NCBI GenBank assembly: GCA_024654525.1
Contig: JANLHI010000013.1
Coordinates: forward strand, 18,036 to 82,035
DNA length: 64,000 nucleotides
Source of the DNA: Patescibacteria group bacterium
GTDB taxonomy: Bacteria; Patescibacteriota; Minisyncoccia; UBA6257; 2-01-FULL-56-20
Reading direction: 5' to 3'
Under the pieces are notes generated by a model. It saw nothing but the letters and a program-made list of their open reading frames with translations. It had not been told where the DNA came from and made no database searches. Both the position numbers and the translations under genes were made by a program. Each line of letters begins with the position of its first letter. The first letter of the stretch is position 1. Positions 27,726-37,404 of the stretch are shown in pieces.

Positions 27726-30035
27726 ATGCATCGAAACACACTCATCGCTATTATCAAAACGCTGGTTTTCGCGGTGATTATAGGTACGCCTCTTCTCTAT
27801 TTTCCGTGGGGAGTATATCCCTATATTATCGTGAAGCAATCGTTTTTTCAGGCATTGATTGAAGTTATGTTTGCGTTATGGGCGATACTCGCCTATACCA
27901 CGCCGAAGTATCGTCCCCGCAAAACCCCCTTGCTTATTGCAGGAGGAGTGTTCCTTATGGTACTTTCTCTTGCGGCGCTATTCGGCGCAGATCCGTGGAG
28001 GAGTTTTTGGTCATCCTACGAACGTGGCGCCGGTGTGGTGGCTTTTTACCATCTTTTTGCTTTTGCGCTTATTCTCTCTTCTCTCACGAAAGAAATTCCT
28101 TGGAAAAAATTGTGGTATTCCTCAATTGCCGTGTCGCTATGTCTGGACGTGATTGCGTTCGTCCAACTTCATATTCCTGCGCTATTACTTATTGAAGATC
28201 CGGGAAGCCGTCCGGGGGCCACGTTTGGGAATCCGACGTTTCTCACGGGATATCTGGTATTTCAAGTGTTTTTGATTGTCTATCTTGTATTGGATATGGC
28301 GAGAGGTATGCAGAAAGAGGATGAATCTCCTCGGTATTTCAAATCGAAAATGATTTTTCTCGGAGTCGCATTTATAGCCGATATCGTCATGATTTTCTTT
28401 GCGCAAACACGAGGAGATATCGTGGCGCTCATGGCGGGATTCCTTGTCCTTTTTATTGCGCTGTTTCTTTCTCCTCCTCATTTTTTTCCACGCCCGTGGA
28501 ATTCGCGAAGAGCATATGCAATTTGTCTTACTGTACTGCTTGTGTCGGGCGGAATATTTTTTGTCACGCGCTCGTCTCCGGTATGGTCTTATGTGCCGGG
28601 GCTTTCTCGTTTCCAGTCCATCCCCCTTTCTCTTGATGCGCTGGAACACTCTGGAATCGCGCCGCGTATTTTTGCGCTTCGCGCGGCATGGCTCGGATTT
28701 CTTGAGAGGCCAATTTTGGGATGGGGTCCCGAAAACTACAATATTGTATTCAATAAGCATTACGATCCGCGCAGTTTGGAATATTCATATAATGAAACTC
28801 TTTTCGATAAACCTCACAATACATTAGTGGAATATCTTGTCGGAGGAGGAATTCTTTTGTTCCTTGCATTATGCGCACTATTCGCGAGCGCAACATACGA
28901 GGCGTTGCGATGCGGAGATAAAATATGGATACTTGTCTTCCCTGCTCTTTTGGTTGCGTATATTACCGGCGGACTTTTCATATTTGAGACAATAGGAGTG
29001 CTTGTTATGGTGTATGCGGTATTTGGCATGATAGATGGAATGCACAAGAGTTACACTTCTCGTTCCATGAAGGAAGAAAAAATAAATGCTTTATTATCGC
29101 ATTCCCGAAGGGATATTCGGAGTGTCACGGTTGCGGTGGCGGTGATTGGAAGCGGTATTCTTGCGTGGTATGTGAATGGGGGGCAGGTAATGGCATCGTA
29201 TCGGGGATACCGGAGTTTCAGTTATTTTTTACAACAAGATATTAAAGAAGGAATAAAGAGTTTCAAAGATTCGGTAGCAATACCAAATCCGTATTCATGG
29301 AACTTTGCGAGAGATTATGCGATTGCGGTTGCAGGCCAATATTTTAATTATCCGGGAACCGTGTCAGACGCCGATGTGCTTGATGCTGTTGCCGCAATGG
29401 AGTCAGTGAGGGATGAGCATCCTCATGACGCGTTTAATCACTACGAACTTGCAAATCTTTACAATGAAGTGGCGCGTATAGATATAGAAAAATATACGGC
29501 AGCCGCGGAACGAGAATTGGATATTGCGTTTACACAAAGTCCGCGTAGACAGGTGATATATTTCTATTTAGCGAAGACGTTCACTATAAAAGGGGAATAT
29601 GATCGTGCATTTATTGCGCTTAAAAAAGCGCTCGACGAAGATCCTAAAGTCCCCGATGCACATTTCTATTATGGGATTTTGGCATATGGCACGGGAGATT
29701 TCGATCTTGGATATAAGGAAATTAAAACCGCAATTGATATGGGGAGGGAATGGATAAATTTCAATGAAGCGAGAGTGGTGGGGAATTTCTTTGCAGGGTC
29801 GGGGCATGTCGATGATGCGATACTTGCCTATCATACTGCGCTTGGCATTAACTCCGATGACCTACAGTCGGCAACAAGCCTTGGATTGGCGTATTATCAA
29901 AAAAAAGATATCGTGAATGCGCATAAGTATTTAAGTGATGTTGCCGCTCGTGTGAACATGAGTAAGTTGCCAGATTACGCCGTGCGTATAAAGCCGGTGT
30001 TGGATGCCTTGGGAATTTCGAATTCCCCTCAATAG
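27726..30035 (+). CDS. O-antigen ligase/O-oligosaccharyltransferase-like membrane protein with C-terminal TPRs, paralog 1
   Basis: RPGATFGNPTFL, AQTRG, ERPILGWGPENY, FDKPHN; about 12 TMs; TPR-like tail. Confidence 0.88.
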   Translation: MHRNTLIAIIKTLVFAVIIGTPLLYFPWGVYPYIIVKQSFFQALIEVMFALWAILAYTTPKYRPRKTPLLIAGGVFLMVLSLAALFGADPWRSFWSSYERGAGVVAFYHLFAFALILSSLTKEIPWKKLWYSSIAVSLCLDVIAFVQLHIPALLLIEDPGSRPGATFGNPTFLTGYLVFQVFLIVYLVLDMARGMQKEDESPRYFKSKMIFLGVAFIADIVMIFFAQTRGDIVALMAGFLVLFIALFLSPPHFFPRPWNSRRAYAICLTVLLVSGGIFFVTRSSPVWSYVPGLSRFQSIPLSLDALEHSGIAPRIFALRAAWLGFLERPILGWGPENYNIVFNKHYDPRSLEYSYNETLFDKPHNTLVEYLVGGGILLFLALCALFASATYEALRCGDKIWILVFPALLVAYITGGLFIFETIGVLVMVYAVFGMIDGMHKSYTSRSMKEEKINALLSHSRRDIRSVTVAVAVIGSGILAWYVNGGQVMASYRGYRSFSYFLQQDIKEGIKSFKDSVAIPNPYSWNFARDYAIAVAGQYFNYPGTVSDADVLDAVAAMESVRDEHPHDAFNHYELANLYNEVARIDIEKYTAAAERELDIAFTQSPRRQVIYFYLAKTFTIKGEYDRAFIALKKALDEDPKVPDAHFYYGILAYGTGDFDLGYKEIKTAIDMGREWINFNEARVVGNFFAGSGHVDDAILAYHTALGINSDDLQSATSLGLAYYQKKDIVNAHKYLSDVAARVNMSKLPDYAVRIKPVLDALGISNSPQ

Positions 30036-30047
30036 ACGCATATTTCA

Positions 30048-32291
30048 ATGCAATCAAAAACACTTCTCAAAATAACCAATTTTTTCTTCTATGTGCTGAT
30101 TGTAGGTACCCCCCTTTTTTATTATAGGTGGGGAGTATATCCTTACGGACTTTCAAAGAGCTTGTTTTTCCAAGGAGTAGCCGAATGTTTTTTCGTGTCA
30201 TGGCTTATTCTTGCGATATATGACAAGCGGTTCCGTCCTTCGTGGACACCGCTTATGAAGGTGTTCGCGGGTTTTGGAACAGTATTGATTATTACCACGG
30301 TTGCCGGAGTGGATCCGTGGAGGAGTTTTTGGTCTACGCAGGAACGTGCCGTTGGCGTATTTACCATACTTCATCTTCTCGCAATAACCGTTGCGATAAG
30401 CGGACTTGCTCGCGTGATCAAAATGAATAAGTTTCTCTATGTGTCGCTTGGTACTGCGGCAATAGTGGGAATCATCTCATTTTTTCAGGTGTATGACCCC
30501 GGATTTCTTATAAGCGCTGATGGAGGAAAGCGTCCGGGAAGCACGTTCGGAAACCCCACATTTCTCGCGGGGTATATTGTGCCACATATTTTTCTTACCC
30601 TATATTTATTTTTACAATTATGGCAAGCGCGCATAGGAAAAAAAATGGCGTATTGGGGTCTTGCATTGCTCCTTGCGGTAAATGTGGGGACATTGTTTGT
30701 TACGCAAACGCGAGGTGATATTCTTGGGGTGATAGCAGGAGCCGTAGCATTGCTTATAATTTTTGCCGTACGCCCTCTTTCTCTCTCCGGAGTATTTGGA
30801 AAGAGAACGATATATATTGCGATATGCGTTTTAATACTTATTTCAGGAAGTGTGTTTTGGATCACGCGTACACACTCATTGTGGAGCGTGGTTCCTGGTC
30901 TTGAGCGGTTTCAGAGTGTTTCCCTTAATGACCGCTCTCTTGTGCCTCGTTTTATTGCACTTAATGCGGCATGGGAAGGATTCAAAGAGCGTCCGTTGCT
31001 TGGATGGGGATGGGATAACTTCAACATAGTATTCAATAAGCATTATGATCCTCGTGCGCTTGAGTCGGATTATGGAGAGACTCGCTTTGATAAACCTCAT
31101 AATTTTGTATTGGAATACCTTGTGATAGGAGGCGTGTTGCTGGGATTTGCATATTTGGCGGTGTTCGTTGCGTTATTTTTTGGATTATGGCGGATGCGCA
31201 ATCGTATATGGGGGAGTATTATGGTTGCCGCGATTGTAGCGTATATTGTAAGAAGTCTTTTTGTGTTTGAAACCATAGGACCTCTTCTCATGCTATATCT
31301 CGTAATAGGACTTACGGATGGCATGCGCGTGCGGGAAAAAAGCGACGCCAGCGTTTTAGAGGAAGGAAATGTCCGAGTGTCTCAAGGAATGCTCGTTGCG
31401 GGAGTTGTTGCCGTTATCATCCCTCTCTATGGAGTGAATATACTTTCGTTCCAAGCGTCACATTATCAGTTCCTTGGATTTAATAGTTTCTCCAACGGGC
31501 ACCCCACTGTTGCTATTCAAAACTTTAAAAAAGCATTGAATAATTGGAGTCCATACAGATGGAATCTTAAGCGTGATTATGCGACTGCGGTCGCGGAGGC
31601 GTATTTTTACAATCCCGACAAAATATCTTCCGATGATGCATGGAGGGCTATTCGTGCGATGGAGGAAGTAGTGCAGGAGCATCCGCAGGACGCATATAAC
31701 CACTATGCGCTGGTGGATATGTATAACCAGATATCCGATCTTTCTCCGGAGGTGCTTCTTCCTGCGGCGGAACGAGAAGCGGCGATTGCGTTGCAATTAA
31801 GTCCTCAAAGACAAGAGGTTTATTTTTCACTTGCGAAAACCTATGTGCTTGAAGGAAGAAATGAGGAGGCTCAAGCATTGTTGGAAAAAGCCATAGCGCT
31901 CGATCCGGATGTAGCCGATGCCCATTTTTATTACGGACTTGTGTTATTTACCACAAACAATCTTACTAAGGGGTATGACGAGATACAAAAGGGTCAAGCA
32001 TTGGGAAGAATATGGAAAAATCATAATGAAATGCGTGTGGTGGCGAATTATTTTGCCGATGCAGGACACCTTAATGAAGCAATCGCGTTATATGAAAAAG
32101 TGGTAGTAATTGACGTGAAAGATTTGGAAGCACGATCAAAACTTGGGATAGCGTATTTTATACAAGGGGATAGAGATCGTGCAAAACTGCATCTCGAAAT
32201 AGTGAATCGTGAGTTTGATCTCACAAAAAGTCCTTCGTATCAGGACATCAAACCGATACTTGACGCATTGGGTATTACGTTGGATAAATGA
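30048..32291 (+). CDS. O-antigen ligase/O-oligosaccharyltransferase-like membrane protein with TPRs, paralog 2
   Basis: RPGSTFGNPTFL, TQTRG, ERPLLGWGWDNF, FDKPHN; colinear with paralog 1. Confidence 0.88.
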   Translation: MQSKTLLKITNFFFYVLIVGTPLFYYRWGVYPYGLSKSLFFQGVAECFFVSWLILAIYDKRFRPSWTPLMKVFAGFGTVLIITTVAGVDPWRSFWSTQERAVGVFTILHLLAITVAISGLARVIKMNKFLYVSLGTAAIVGIISFFQVYDPGFLISADGGKRPGSTFGNPTFLAGYIVPHIFLTLYLFLQLWQARIGKKMAYWGLALLLAVNVGTLFVTQTRGDILGVIAGAVALLIIFAVRPLSLSGVFGKRTIYIAICVLILISGSVFWITRTHSLWSVVPGLERFQSVSLNDRSLVPRFIALNAAWEGFKERPLLGWGWDNFNIVFNKHYDPRALESDYGETRFDKPHNFVLEYLVIGGVLLGFAYLAVFVALFFGLWRMRNRIWGSIMVAAIVAYIVRSLFVFETIGPLLMLYLVIGLTDGMRVREKSDASVLEEGNVRVSQGMLVAGVVAVIIPLYGVNILSFQASHYQFLGFNSFSNGHPTVAIQNFKKALNNWSPYRWNLKRDYATAVAEAYFYNPDKISSDDAWRAIRAMEEVVQEHPQDAYNHYALVDMYNQISDLSPEVLLPAAEREAAIALQLSPQRQEVYFSLAKTYVLEGRNEEAQALLEKAIALDPDVADAHFYYGLVLFTTNNLTKGYDEIQKGQALGRIWKNHNEMRVVANYFADAGHLNEAIALYEKVVVIDVKDLEARSKLGIAYFIQGDRDRAKLHLEIVNREFDLTKSPSYQDIKPILDALGITLDK

Positions 32292-32415
32292 GGAAAAATG
32301 AATTCAGGTTTCAGATGTGCAAAGAGGGGTTGATTTTGCTACACTAATTGGTAGAGTAAATGTGTTGCGAGGTTGAAAGACAAAAGGTCGCTTAATTGTT
32401 TGGTAATAAATATCA

Positions 32416-32691
32416 ATGACAAAAGATGGATTGGTAGAAGCGGTAATGAAAGCCGCAGAAATTGAAACGAAAGCTGCAGCGCATCGTGCGGTGGAAGGAG
32501 TTTTCGACACGATTACCAAGGCATTAGGCCGTGGAGAGGATGTAGCAATCACGGGCTTTGGTACATTCCGCATAGTGAAGCGTGCCGCTCGACAAGGTAG
32601 GAATCCTAAAACGGGAGAGACCATCCAAATTGCCGCGTCGACAAAGCCTAAGTTTCGAGCAGGAAAGCTTTTGAAAGAGGCAGTTCAATAA
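32416..32691 (+). CDS. hup: DNA-binding protein HU
   Basis: MTKDGLV, GFGTF, RAARQGRNPKTGETIQI, PKFRAGKLLKEAV. Confidence 0.97.
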   Translation: MTKDGLVEAVMKAAEIETKAAAHRAVEGVFDTITKALGRGEDVAITGFGTFRIVKRAARQGRNPKTGETIQIAASTKPKFRAGKLLKEAVQ

Positions 32692-32712
32692 GCCTTTTCT
32701 TTAGTTGAATTT

Positions 32713-32743
32713 AAAACACCGCCTTGTGAGGAGGCGGTGTTTT
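32713..32743. terminator. bidirectional terminator
   Basis: AAAACACCGCCT-tgtgagg-AGGCGGTGTTTT. Confidence 0.85.
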
Positions 32744-32767
32744 GATTTTAGGAGTTTGTGTAATCTC

Positions 32768-33529
32768 TTATTTATTCCTTTGAGGAAGAATTACGTTGAT
32801 AGAGTCACTTAATTTGATGAATGTCTGATAGGTGATTGCCAGTGCATCAAGGGAATATTTTATAAACGAAGAAGGATTACTTCCATTGATAAGTGCGGAT
32901 CCCGCTTGTGCATTGAATCCTTGCGCAGTTTGGAAATGAGAGGCAGATTCCTCGAATAGGGCTTGTATACCAGTTTGGTCAATTATCTTGAGAAGTTGTA
33001 CATTTCTGCGAAGTTCCTGCAATCGATTGGAAGCGATATCCATAAATCTTTTATTGTTAGCCCATGCAATAAACATGCGAATACGTTCTTGTTGGGGAAG
33101 GAAGGTGTTCATTCTCCATTCTCTCACATCACGGGCGATGTCTTTAGATCCTTGAATTCCTGCAGTGGCAATGTATTCGCGTTCCGTTTGATAGTATCGC
33201 GAAGCGTCATTGAGGGAAATGATGAGGTGTTCATACACGGTTTGCATTGTGGTGTCGTTCACGTGGATGCCTTCCATGTCTGTGCGGAGTCTTTGCACTT
33301 CCTCGTCAAGACAATCAAGGATGGAAAAAATGGCGCTTCTGCGCACTTCAAGTTCTTCGCGTATCGCATCTTGGCTGTTCGAGTTTGAAAATTTTCGCAA
33401 TGCGTCGAATACCTTTGTGTCAACAACACATGAAGACGACTGAAGGGGGGATTCCGCATGTGCAATCATATGGGAGGATGCAAAAGAAAGTGCGGTTACG
33501 CAGAGAGCGATACGTGCAATGTATTTCAT
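32768..33529 (-). CDS. secreted helical/coiled-coil hypothetical protein
   Basis: signal peptide MKYIARIALCVTALSFASSHMIAHA; third gene of the ECF operon. Confidence 0.7.
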   Translation of the reverse strand: MKYIARIALCVTALSFASSHMIAHAESPLQSSSCVVDTKVFDALRKFSNSNSQDAIREELEVRRSAIFSILDCLDEEVQRLRTDMEGIHVNDTTMQTVYEHLIISLNDASRYYQTEREYIATAGIQGSKDIARDVREWRMNTFLPQQERIRMFIAWANNKRFMDIASNRLQELRRNVQLLKIIDQTGIQALFEESASHFQTAQGFNAQAGSALINGSNPSSFIKYSLDALAITYQTFIKLSDSINVILPQRNK

Positions 33530-33536
33530 AAGTATG

Positions 33537-34052
33537 TTATTCCGAGAGTTGTCGCAATGCTTCATCAAGAGTAAGAGGGGCTGTACTGGTTGTATCGTCG
33601 CTTGTGGACGAAGAAATCACAGAAGAGGAGTCAGGAGTTTGAGAGGAGACGGTTGCTGACTGGAAGGGAATCACCTCCGCGATGGTGGTCTCGACGCTGG
33701 AGACGGGTGTGATTATGGGGAGAGCCGATTCTTCGTAGCGAAGACCCGCGAGTTTAATTTGTATATCTATTGCTTGTGCTTCCGCCCGGAGTCCCGCAAG
33801 GTCAAGGCGAGAAATGCTCAATGGAGAGAATGATCTCCATACTGAAAATCCGGCAAAAAGAAGGAAAATACATAATCCCGCCAAGGCAACCGATGCGCCC
33901 ACTTCAAGATTTTCCAAAAACCAACCCCACACTATTCGAGGACGGCTTACTTTGGGAGAGGTATTCAAAATGACGCTACGGGAGTGAGCGTGATATTCGG
34001 GACTAGATTCGATTGCCCGAAGACTTTTAAGTGTGGTGAAAATATTTTTCAT
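33537..34052 (-). CDS. putative membrane anti-sigma factor
   Basis: overlaps the ECF sigma stop (ATGA); short N-terminal domain, single TM, S/T-rich tail. Confidence 0.6.
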   Translation of the reverse strand: MKNIFTTLKSLRAIESSPEYHAHSRSVILNTSPKVSRPRIVWGWFLENLEVGASVALAGLCIFLLFAGFSVWRSFSPLSISRLDLAGLRAEAQAIDIQIKLAGLRYEESALPIITPVSSVETTIAEVIPFQSATVSSQTPDSSSVISSSTSDDTTSTAPLTLDEALRQLSE

Positions 34053-34591
34053 GATTCTTGAGAGAGAATCGCGTGTAACGATTTTATAGCCCGATGTTGC
34101 ATAAGTTTTACTGCACCCTCTGTTTTTTCTAGAAGCATCGCCGTTTCCTTTATAGAGAGTTCTTCGATGAATCGGGTGATAATAATATCTTGATATTCCG
34201 GCTTCAACTTTTTCAATGCGACACGCACTTTATCGAGTTCAAGTTTGTGTTCCAGCGACAATGCATCACGCGAAGGAGATGGAAAATTTTCAGGGTCAAG
34301 CGCGTCTATAGAAATTGTCGGCTTTGCGGTGCGATAGTGGTCAATGATGCGGTTCCGTGCAATGCGGTATAACCAGCTTGAAAACGGAAACCCGAAATCC
34401 TTATAGTCGCCGATGTTGTGCCATGCGGAGAGAAACACTTCATGGGTGAGGTCCTCGGCTTCCTCACGGTGGCCTACTTTAAACAGTACAAACCGGTATA
34501 TTTTCGGTTGGTAAAAGTCATAGAGTTTGCCAAAAGCTGAGGCCTCACCCCTGACGGCGTTCTTGATTATTGTTTTCTCGCCATCCAGCAT
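34049..34591 (-). CDS. ECF sigma-70 factor
   Basis: AFGKLYDFY, EAEDLTHEVF, FSSWLYRIARNRIIDHYR, LSIKETA...EGAVKLMQHRA; start set at MLDGEKT. Confidence 0.95.
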   Translation of the reverse strand: MLDGEKTIIKNAVRGEASAFGKLYDFYQPKIYRFVLFKVGHREEAEDLTHEVFLSAWHNIGDYKDFGFPFSSWLYRIARNRIIDHYRTAKPTISIDALDPENFPSPSRDALSLEHKLELDKVRVALKKLKPEYQDIIITRFIEELSIKETAMLLEKTEGAVKLMQHRAIKSLHAILSQES

Positions 34592-34709
34592 AGGTAACGA
34601 ATAAATGAGTATTTGGTTACGGGTTATTATATGGAGTAATTGTACAACACTTATGGGGGTTGAGGGGTGTGAGTGTACGAGAAAAAGTACGCGGTGTAGG
34701 ATGTATGGT

Positions 34710-35168
34710 ATGAGTAGCGCGATACATTGGAAAGCCCCCGAGTATGAATATCGGGAAAAGGGAATCTCGTGGTATTGGATCACCATGATTGTCGCGGTGG
34801 GGTTTGTCGCGCTCGCCGCGTGGCAGAGAAATTTTCTTTTCGGAACATTTGTGGTGATTGCGGAATTGCTGGTGCTGATATGGGGGCATCGCGAACCAAA
34901 CATTATTGAATTTTCCGCCGACGAAAAAGAACTTGCGATTAATAACACGCGCTACGAGTGGGACGAGTTTTCAAGTTTTAGCGTGAGAGAGAGTGAAAAA
35001 GATTTAGTGTTTACGTTTCGTCCGCGAGGACGCATACGCATTGTCTTGCATGTGAGAGTTCCTCAAAGGCATATTGGAGATTTCAATGCGCTGATTAATG
35101 AAAAAGTTGTTCATGCGCAGGAAGATAGGTCATTGGTCGAGGTACTTGAAGAATTGCTTCGTTTTTAG
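34710..35168 (+). CDS. conserved CPR two-TM protein (WxAPEYxxxxKxxxWY family)
   Basis: IHWKAPEYEYREKGISWYW, two TMs, PH-like beta C-terminus; start 34701 or 34710. Confidence 0.75.
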   Translation: MSSAIHWKAPEYEYREKGISWYWITMIVAVGFVALAAWQRNFLFGTFVVIAELLVLIWGHREPNIIEFSADEKELAINNTRYEWDEFSSFSVRESEKDLVFTFRPRGRIRIVLHVRVPQRHIGDFNALINEKVVHAQEDRSLVEVLEELLRF

Positions 35169-35195
35169 GATAATACCCCGGCACACAGATAAGAT

Positions 35196-35267
35196 GTCCC
35201 CATAGCTCAACGGATAGAGCGTATCCCTGCGAAGGATGAGATAGAGGTTCAATTCCTCTTGGGGACA
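35196..35267 (+). tRNA. tRNA-Arg (anticodon GCG)
   Basis: acceptor GTCCCCA/TGGGGAC, anticodon arm TATCC-CTGCGAA-GGATG, T-loop TTCAATT; CCA not encoded. Confidence 0.92.
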
Positions 35268-35435
35268 CAATCGTTGTTTATAATTAGTGTCCCGAGGAAT
35301 TGAATGGGAAGGGGGTCGGGGAAACGGGAGTTTCACCGTGGCGGAAGCGTTGAAACCGCAGGGTTTCAAGGAGCGTAGCGACGTGAAATTCCTCTTGGGG
35401 ACACAATCGTTGTTTATAATTAGTGTCCCGAGGAA
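35251..35435 (+). repeat. 49-bp perfect direct repeat (tRNA-Arg 3' end + trailer) with an 87-bp structured spacer
   Basis: AATTCCTCTTGGGGACACAATCGTTGTTTATAATTAGTGTCCCGAGGAA at 35251-35299 and 35387-35435. Confidence 0.95.
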
Positions 35436-35456
35436 GGTAATATAATATTTATAAAT

Positions 35457-36032
35457 ATGACCACTAATCTCACGGAGCTTCCCTTTGATCTACCTCGCCC
35501 GCTCGACGATGGGGGAGCAGATCACCTAGTTTCCCTCCCAGTTCCAATAATGGATTTACCATCCACGAGCGGGAAATTAGTTTCAACCTCTCAATTCAAA
35601 AAAGGATTACATATTCTCTTCTGCTACCCCATGACCGGGAAGCCCGGTGTTGATTTGCCAAGTAGCTGGAACATTATTCCCGGCGCACGAGGATGCACCC
35701 CGGAGTGCTTAAAGTTTGCAATCCAGTATGGCGAGTTGTCCAAGTTGGGATTTTCTTTGTTTGGGGTAAGTACCCAGGGGCAGGAGTATCAGAAGGAGAT
35801 GACGGCACGTTTAGGTTTGCCCTTTGAAGTCTTGAGTGATGAGAAAATGCTTTTAACTAGGGCACTCCGACTTTCCACTATGGAAGTTGAAGGTAGAATT
35901 TTTCTGAAGAGGCTTACGCTTGTGATTAAGGACGGAGTTATTATTAAAATGTTTTATCCCGTGTTCCCTCCGGATAAGCACCCCGAGGAAGTGGCTTATT
36001 GGGCAAAGTGTTTTGTAAATCGTCAGAAATAA
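35457..36032 (+). CDS. peroxiredoxin (Bcp/AhpC-TSA-like)
   Basis: LPRPLDDGGADHL, YPMTG, IPGARGCTPE, FYPVFPPD. Confidence 0.9.
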   Translation: MTTNLTELPFDLPRPLDDGGADHLVSLPVPIMDLPSTSGKLVSTSQFKKGLHILFCYPMTGKPGVDLPSSWNIIPGARGCTPECLKFAIQYGELSKLGFSLFGVSTQGQEYQKEMTARLGLPFEVLSDEKMLLTRALRLSTMEVEGRIFLKRLTLVIKDGVIIKMFYPVFPPDKHPEEVAYWAKCFVNRQK

Positions 36033-36166
36033 TTCCATTTTTTTTGTTTATCGAACCATTTGCGGAGTTTGCTGAATATTTTTTCAAAAGTTCGAGGCCT
36101 GTCTTGATATGGGGCATTCCTATAGAACAGACAAAAAGTAAATTCGAATTGTTATAATAAAAATAT

Positions 36167-36385
36167 ATGCATAATCCTCGGAGAATAATTTGGGTTGTGA
36201 TTGCGTTTGTGATTGCGGTGGTTGCATGGATGTGGTGGCAGAATGCCGCTATAAATAAGGGAAGTGAAAACGGAGAAACGTGGCAACCTCCATCTTTACA
36301 ATCGAATGGCGAGCCTTTTCGGGGTCCCGTGGGAGATCCTTTTATAGTGGGGCCTACAGAACCGCCTCCCGGGACCAGCCGTTGA
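36167..36385 (+). CDS. small single-TM protein with Pro-rich tail
   Basis: extended -10 (TGT-TATAAT) 8 nt upstream; one TM. Confidence 0.6.
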   Translation: MHNPRRIIWVVIAFVIAVVAWMWWQNAAINKGSENGETWQPPSLQSNGEPFRGPVGDPFIVGPTEPPPGTSR

Positions 36386-36513
36386 GAATTTGGAATGAAG
36401 AATGTAGAATGGGGAGGCTAAAACTCACCGTCGCGGGTTACGCGGGCTTGTCCGAAGAAGTAGCGCGCCATGGTGAGTAAAAGCTTTCCTTCGCTAAAAT
36501 TACGGAGGGCAAT

Positions 36514-36585
36514 GCGGGCGTCGTATAGTGGCCATTATATTTCCTTGCCAAGGAAAAGATGGGAGTTCGATTCTCCTCGCCCGCT
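36514..36585 (+). tRNA. tRNA-Gly (GCC)
   Basis: GCGGGCG/CGCCCGC acceptor, TTTCC-TTGCCAA-GGAAA arm, U73. Confidence 0.92.
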
Positions 36586-36604
36586 CACTAAAAAATGTTT
36601 TGTA

Positions 36605-37294
36605 TTATGCGCGCGTAGTCGCGAGAGCAACAATACGCCGAGCTCCCGCGTGTTTGAGTGCGGTTGATGCTTCAAAGAACGTGGACCCGGAAGTAATCAC
36701 GTCATCGAGAAGAATGAAATTTTTTCCTTGCGCGAGGGATGTGACGGGTACGATAAATGCTCCCGCGATATTTTTTCGTCGTGCATCCCAATCGGGAAGA
36801 TGGCTTTGAGGTTGTGTGTGTAGCGTCCTTACTAATATGTCAGTTGCCACAGGCAGTTCCAGTGCGGCGCCAATGCGTGTTGCGATGAGTTCGGAGTGAT
36901 TATATCCCCGTTCTCTCTCGCGTCGTGTGGAAAGCGGTATGGGAAGAATAGTGAAGGATTGTAAGGGCAGAGGAATATCTCGGCAGTAGCGCACGGTGAT
37001 TTCCGCGAGCGTTGTTGCGGCGGCGTGCGCATGGTGAAACTTAAGTCCGTGAATCAATGCACGTATTCGCGCGTCGTGATAGCGCGTGGCGGCGCCGAGA
37101 ATATAAGGAAATTTTTTATGGCAGATTTTTTTTCCTTCAGGAAGTCGCGCGAAACATTCGCCGCAACGGAGGTTGGAATCTCGTGAAATAGAAGATGTGC
37201 ATGATGCGCAAAGACCTTGCGACGCATCGGGGAGCGGAGCATGGCACGCGAGGCAGAAGGGAGGAAAAAAGAAGTCCGTGATACGTGGCCACAT
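36605..37294 (-). CDS. comF: ComF competence protein (double zinc ribbon + PRTase)
   Basis: FFPPFCLAC, PIPLSTRRERERGYNHS, ILLDDVITSGST. Confidence 0.92.
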   Translation of the reverse strand: MWPRITDFFFPPFCLACHAPLPDASQGLCASCTSSISRDSNLRCGECFARLPEGKKICHKKFPYILGAATRYHDARIRALIHGLKFHHAHAAATTLAEITVRYCRDIPLPLQSFTILPIPLSTRRERERGYNHSELIATRIGAALELPVATDILVRTLHTQPQSHLPDWDARRKNIAGAFIVPVTSLAQGKNFILLDDVITSGSTFFEASTALKHAGARRIVALATTRA

Positions 37295-37404
37295 GTCGAT
37301 ATTAGTATATCGCGCGAATCGCAATCGTAAAAAAATGAAAAGAGTATTGCGCGATGTTGCGTGGTAATGTTAGTGCGTGTATCAAGAGGGGGTATAATAG
37401 AAAT

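Noticed and set aside
35251-35435. CRISPR mini-array
   Set aside because: Only two 49-bp copies, the repeat is the tRNA 3' end, the spacer is 87 bp, and there are no cas genes in the window.
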